64,000 nt of DNA from Thermodesulfobacteriota bacterium (GTDB lineage Bacteria; Desulfobacterota_D; UBA1144; Nemesobacterales; UBA2774). Below, piece by piece: positions 59,409-64,000 of this stretch. The stretch's first letter is position 1, and every line of letters starts with the position of its first letter. Location of the stretch: positions 91,019 through 155,018 of the forward strand of contig JAWKQD010000003.1 in NCBI GenBank assembly GCA_041390285.1, written 5' to 3'. The notes beneath the pieces were generated by a model. That model had not been told where the DNA came from. It did not search any database and worked only from the letters and a program-made list of their open reading frames with translations. The position numbers and the translations under genes were made by a program.

Positions 59409-62400
59409 TCAGTGCCCGCCGCTCAGAACCTCGTACAACACCCTGCTCAGCTCCTCGATGCTGTAGGGCTTCGTAACCACGCCCTTAAATCCATACTCGT
59501 CGTACTTCGCCATCACCGGGTCGTTCGAATAGCCGCTCGAAACTATTGCCCTGACTCCGGGGTCCATTTCCAGAAGCTTCGCGAATGCCTCTTTCCCTCC
59601 CATGCCGCCCGGCACGGTGAGGTCGAACATAACGGCATCGAAGGGTTCTCCTCCCTCTTTGGCCTCCATATATCTGGTTATCGCCTCCTGCCCGTCGGCC
59701 GCCGCTTCGACCCTGTACCCGAGGCGCTTCATCATATCCCCGGCCACCTGCCTCACGGTCTCCTCGTCGTCCATGATAAGGATTTTCCCCTCTCCATTCT
59801 TGACGCCGCTTTCGCTGTCCACAGGCGCAGATTTTCTGGCCGCCGCCGGGAGGTATATATCGAACTTCGTTCCCACCCCGATCTCGGACTCCACCTCTAT
59901 CCTGCCGTCGTGGTTTTTCACTATCGAATAAACGGTTGCGAGTCCCAGCCCGCTCCCCTTCTGCTTTGTCGTGAAGTAGGGGTCGAATATCTTTTCTACG
60001 AGGCCTTCGGTCATGCCGATTCCGCTGTCCGTGATGGATATTTTTATGCATTTCCCATCCTCGCCGCCGTCGGGTCCTTTCCCGTTTGTGTTAGAGGCGC
60101 TTACGGTTATGACTCCCCCGTCCGGCATCGCCTGGTCCGAATTCATCACGAGGTTATGTATAACCTGGCTTATCTGTCCCCCGTCCACTTCCGCCGGCCA
60201 GAGGTCTTCGTCGATATCGAAATCGCACCTCACCTTCGAGCCGCTCACGGCGAACGACGCGGTGTCCCTTATAAGATCCCCCAGAGTATGCACGTACTCC
60301 TTCACAGGGGCCCCGCCCTTCGAGAAGGTCAGGAGCTGCGAAGTGAGGTCCCTGGCCCTGAAGGATGCGTTCTCCGCCTCGGTCAGCCTCGTATACAGCT
60401 TGTCCGAGGATTTTAGGTGCATCTTCGAGACCGAAATATTCCCTAAAATGACGGTAAGGAGATTGTTGAAGTCGTGGGCTATCCCGCCGGCGAGAACGCC
60501 CAGGGATTCCAGCTTCTCCGCCTTGAAAAGCTCGTCCTCGTATCTCTTTCTGTCCGTTATATCTCGCAGTATACCTACATACCGGAGCTCCCCGGCAGCG
60601 GTTTCGAATGCCCTTCCCGAGCTTTCGAGCCACCTCCACGTCCCGTTCCTGTGCCTGTATCTGAATACGGTCTTTCCCGGGCTACGGGTGGTCATTATCC
60701 TGCTGAACTCTTTCATCATGTTTGGTGTGTCGTCCGAATGGACGTTTCCGAACATGCTCTTCCCGAGCATATCGTCCGGGTCGTAACCCAGCGATTCCCT
60801 GAAATTGGGGCTCAGGTAAAGGAACTTCCCTTCCTCACTCGATTCCACTATTATGTCGTAATTGTTCTCGACGAGCGTCCTGTATCTTTCCGCGCGTTCG
60901 AGTAAAAGGTCCTCGGCTTTTTTAAGGTCGGTGATGTCTATCATTATCCCTTTGAGGCCGACGGCAACTCCGTCCTCGACTTCGACGCTGACAATATCCC
61001 TCATCCACACGACCCTTCCGTCGGCAGCGATCATCCTGTACTCGATTACATGATCCTTCAGAGATTCCGTCGACGTCTTGCAGTAGTTCACAACTCTCTC
61101 GCGGTCCTCGGGGTGGAGCTTCTCTGTCCAGAATTTATCGTTCTCGAGCCACTCTTCGGTTGTGTATCCGAATATGTGCTCCACCTGCTTGCTTACAAAC
61201 GTAAACCTGAACGACTCCGGCTCCGCCTCCCAGACGATACCGTCTACAGTATTGACAAGATTCTCATACCGCTGCTGGGACTGGAGGAATGCGATTTCCG
61301 CCCTCTTCCGCTCGGTCATGTCCTCGACGACCGACATCCCGCCTATTATGTTTCCCGATGCGTCCCTCAGCGGAGCGGCGGATACCATTATGTAAAGGGA
61401 GATATTCCCCGTCGTAGATCTGTAAAAGCCTTCCCTGCTCACGCTCTCGCCGCGTGCGGCCCTCTCGTGTATATCATTGAAAGACTTGTCCGCGAGACTA
61501 TGTATATCGAGGCCGATTATTTTCTCCTTCGAAGACTGCATGATCTCCGCGTGCCGTTCGTTGGTGTGCATGATGATCAGGTTTTTATCGTAGGTATATA
61601 CGCCTACGGGCGTCTGCTCGAACAGTGTCCTGTATCTTTCTTCCGATTCCTTAAGCGCTTCCGCCTGTCTTGCGTTGTTGACGGCTATTTCGATCTGCGA
61701 TGCTATGAGTTTTAGAAGATTGAGCTCTTCCTCGTCGAATGCGTTCTTTCTCAGGGAATTGATATTGATGCACCCGATAGTCTTGCCCATATATTGTATG
61801 GGCATGGATGCGTAGCTCTTCGTGCCGGCTTCCCTCCCCGCGGATCCAATTATCGTGTCGTGTTCTATGTCGGGGCAATATATGTGCTTGCCCTCTATTA
61901 TCGTCTTCCAGGTAAAGCCGAGAGGGTGGGGGATGCTGCTCATCTTCTCCGTAAACCAATCGGGGTAGCCGCAGTGGGCCTTGATAACAGCTTCGTTTCC
62001 CTCCGCGAAGTAGATCGATATAAAGTCCGTTCCCTCTATGCTCCGGTGCATGGTATCGACCGCATTCTCCATGACCTGCTCCAGATTTATCGAGCTGTGC
62101 ACGCTTCTGGTAATAGCGCTCAATATCTCCTCGTATCTCTTTTTCTTCGACAGCTCGCCGAGCTTCTGTTTTATATCTTCCTCGGATTGCCTGAGCGCTT
62201 CTGCCTGCCTTGCGTTGTTTATCGCGACTTCCAGCTGTCTCGCCACGATCTGAAGCATGTCGAGGTCTTCCACCGAAAAGGCGTCCTTTTCCTGCGAGTG
62301 TATGTGTATGCAACCGACGGCCTGGTTGTCGGACCATATGGGCATCGACAGATAGCTCTTCGTTCCGAATTCCCTTCCGGCCTGGCCGATCGTTTCGTCC

Positions 62401-64000
62401 AGGTCCGCATCGGGAACGTATCTGGCCTTTCTGTCCAGTATCGTTTTCCACGTGGCCCCGATGGGATAGGGGATTCTCTTAACTCTTTTCACATACCAGT
62501 CCGCGTGCCCTCTGTTGGCCTTCATCACGGCGTCCGTGCCTTCCACCATGAAAATGACGACGTTCGTCGCTTCTCCCACATTTCTGTTCAGGGCATCGAC
62601 GGCGTTATCGAACACCTCTCCGAGGTCTAGCGACCTGTGAACGCTTTCCGTGATCGCCCTTATGATTGATTCATACCTGTTCTTTTTCGAAAGCTGCTCT
62701 ACGTTTTGCTTGAGCTCCTCCTCCGTCTTCTTGAGGTCGGTCATGTCTATAACGTTCGCTACGAACACCCGGAGCCCTTTGTAATTTGACAGCTGTATAT
62801 ATGCCTCGACTGGATAGTTCGTGCCGTCCTTCCTCAGGTGCACGCACGTGAACCGCGCCTTCTCGCCGCCGCCCTGAACTAAAGACTCCAGCTTCCTGAA
62901 AAAATCGGGGTAAGGTCGGGGTTCAAATCTTCGGGCGTCATTTCCCTCAGCTCCTCGAGCGAATATCCAAGGTTATCCCGTGCGCCCTTATTTACCTGAA
63001 GGAAGCTGAAAGTCCCGGCGTCGAATATGTATATCTCGTTTATGGCTTCTTCGAGTATCTCGGCGAAATGGGTGGCCATCTCCTGCGCGTTGGTTCTCTC
63101 TATCGCGACTGTCGCGAGCCTTACTGCCGTATCTACGAGAACGAGCTCGCCCGAGACAGGCGACCGCGGCTCCTTGTAATACATCGCGAACGTTCCGAGG
63201 ACTTTATCTTCGGACGAAATTATGGGTATCGACCAGCACGCGCGGAGCGAATGTCTGAGAGCAAGATGCCTGTAGTCGTCCCAAAGAGGGTCGGTTTCAA
63301 TGTCGGTCACTATAACAGGCTCTTTTCTGTACGCGGCCGTGCCGCACGAGCCGGTGGAGGGTCCTATCTCGGATCCGTCTATGGCTCTTGCGTATTCTGC
63401 CGGGAGGCTCGGGGCGGCGCCGTGCCTTAAGCGTTTTCCGCTTTCGTCTACGATCAGGAACGAGCAAAGCATCCCGTTTGCCAGGCCCTCTATTTCGCTG
63501 CAAATGAGATCGAGTGTTCTGTACAGCGGCTTATTCGCAGCCATTGTCTCGAATACCTTCTTCTCCATGCTCAGCATGGAAAGGGCCAGCTTTTGCTGCG
63601 TTATGTCTTCGCCCGCGATCTTGGTGAATACCTGCCCGCTATCGGTCCGGACGGTCGTGGCGTTTTCCCTGGCCCATATAACGCTGCCGTCCTTTTTGAC
63701 CTTTCTGGCCTCCCACCTGTACTCGACCCCGGGGTTTTCGAAGGACGTCTTCAGCCTCTCGGCCACGCCTTCCCTGTCGCCCGGGTGGAATATGTCCAGA
63801 ATCGGTTTCCCCGCGAGCTCTTCCTCGGAAAACCCGAGATTGGACATGCTGGTGGAATTCGCGGCGACGATTTTCCCGAGGCTGTCCACCGTGACATAAT
63901 TGAACGAGCTGAATTCGTAAAAGGGCTTATAAGAAAGGTCCTTATCGGTAAGGAATTCCTTTGCGGAAGATGCCTTCCCTGCCGCCGGTTCGGAAGACGA
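59409..64000 (-). CDS. Very large hybrid sensor histidine kinase (multiple PAS and GAF domains, HisKA, HATPase_c, C-terminal receiver). The N-terminus lies beyond the window edge. One apparent frameshift near 62900.
   Basis: The 1144-aa ORF 59409..62843 contains two GAF-like repeats, at least three PAS-like segments, the H-box LAGGIAHDFNNLLTVILG, the ATP-lid DSGIGM...GSGLGLA, and the receiver ILIMDDEETVR...DAVMFDLTVPGGMGG. ORF 62879..63889 (PAS+GAF) joins it by a frame change: ...LNPDLTP/DFFRKLESLVQGGGEKARFTCVHLRKDG. Coding continues to 64000. Confidence 0.85.

Overview
64-kb window of a fairly GC-rich (by eye) diderm bacterial chromosome, probably draft-quality or metagenome-derived. I recognise about 60 protein genes and one tRNA-Arg(CCG). 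I found no rRNA, CRISPR array, cas genes, transposase, integrase or phage genes. From 15 to 64 kb the content is mainly housekeeping: UDG, leuS, thiE, thrC, acyP, ftsB-like, a GGDEF cyclase, rsmA, a three-gene biotin acyl-CoA carboxylase, coaE, hbd, gltX, grx, mlaE, pncB, two nitrilases, an LLM oxidoreductase, an SLT transglycosylase, rpmH-rnpA-yidD-yidC-jag, tadA, two tandem acyl-CoA synthetase paralogs, trpG-trpE, a phosphomannomutase, a ThDP enzyme, lepA and a very large PAS/GAF hybrid sensor kinase that runs off the 3' edge. From 1 to 15 kb the content looks accessory: LigD (NHEJ), a His/Met-rich outer-membrane barrel, PPK2 with two unknown small proteins, DUF3303, a Cys-rich secreted protein, a beta-lactamase-fold lipoprotein, a prokaryotic pentameric ligand-gated ion channel divergent from an Ntn amidase, SDR, cupin and DUF1003. 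The dominant feature is technical. At least 17 clearly conserved genes are broken by +/-1 frame changes, often in short homopolymers, with a hot spot in leuS, so indel-type sequence error is the most likely cause. I did not find a convincing complete novel multi-gene system. The best follow-up candidates are an orphan promoter / structured transcript / terminator unit at 39.55-39.78 kb, the pLGIC-amidase pair, the nitrilase-centred three-gene cluster at 53.6-55.6 kb, the PPK2 operon with two unknown proteins, several leaderless-type promoters, and a tRNA-Arg-flanking low-GC patch with a tRNA-like 3' fragment.
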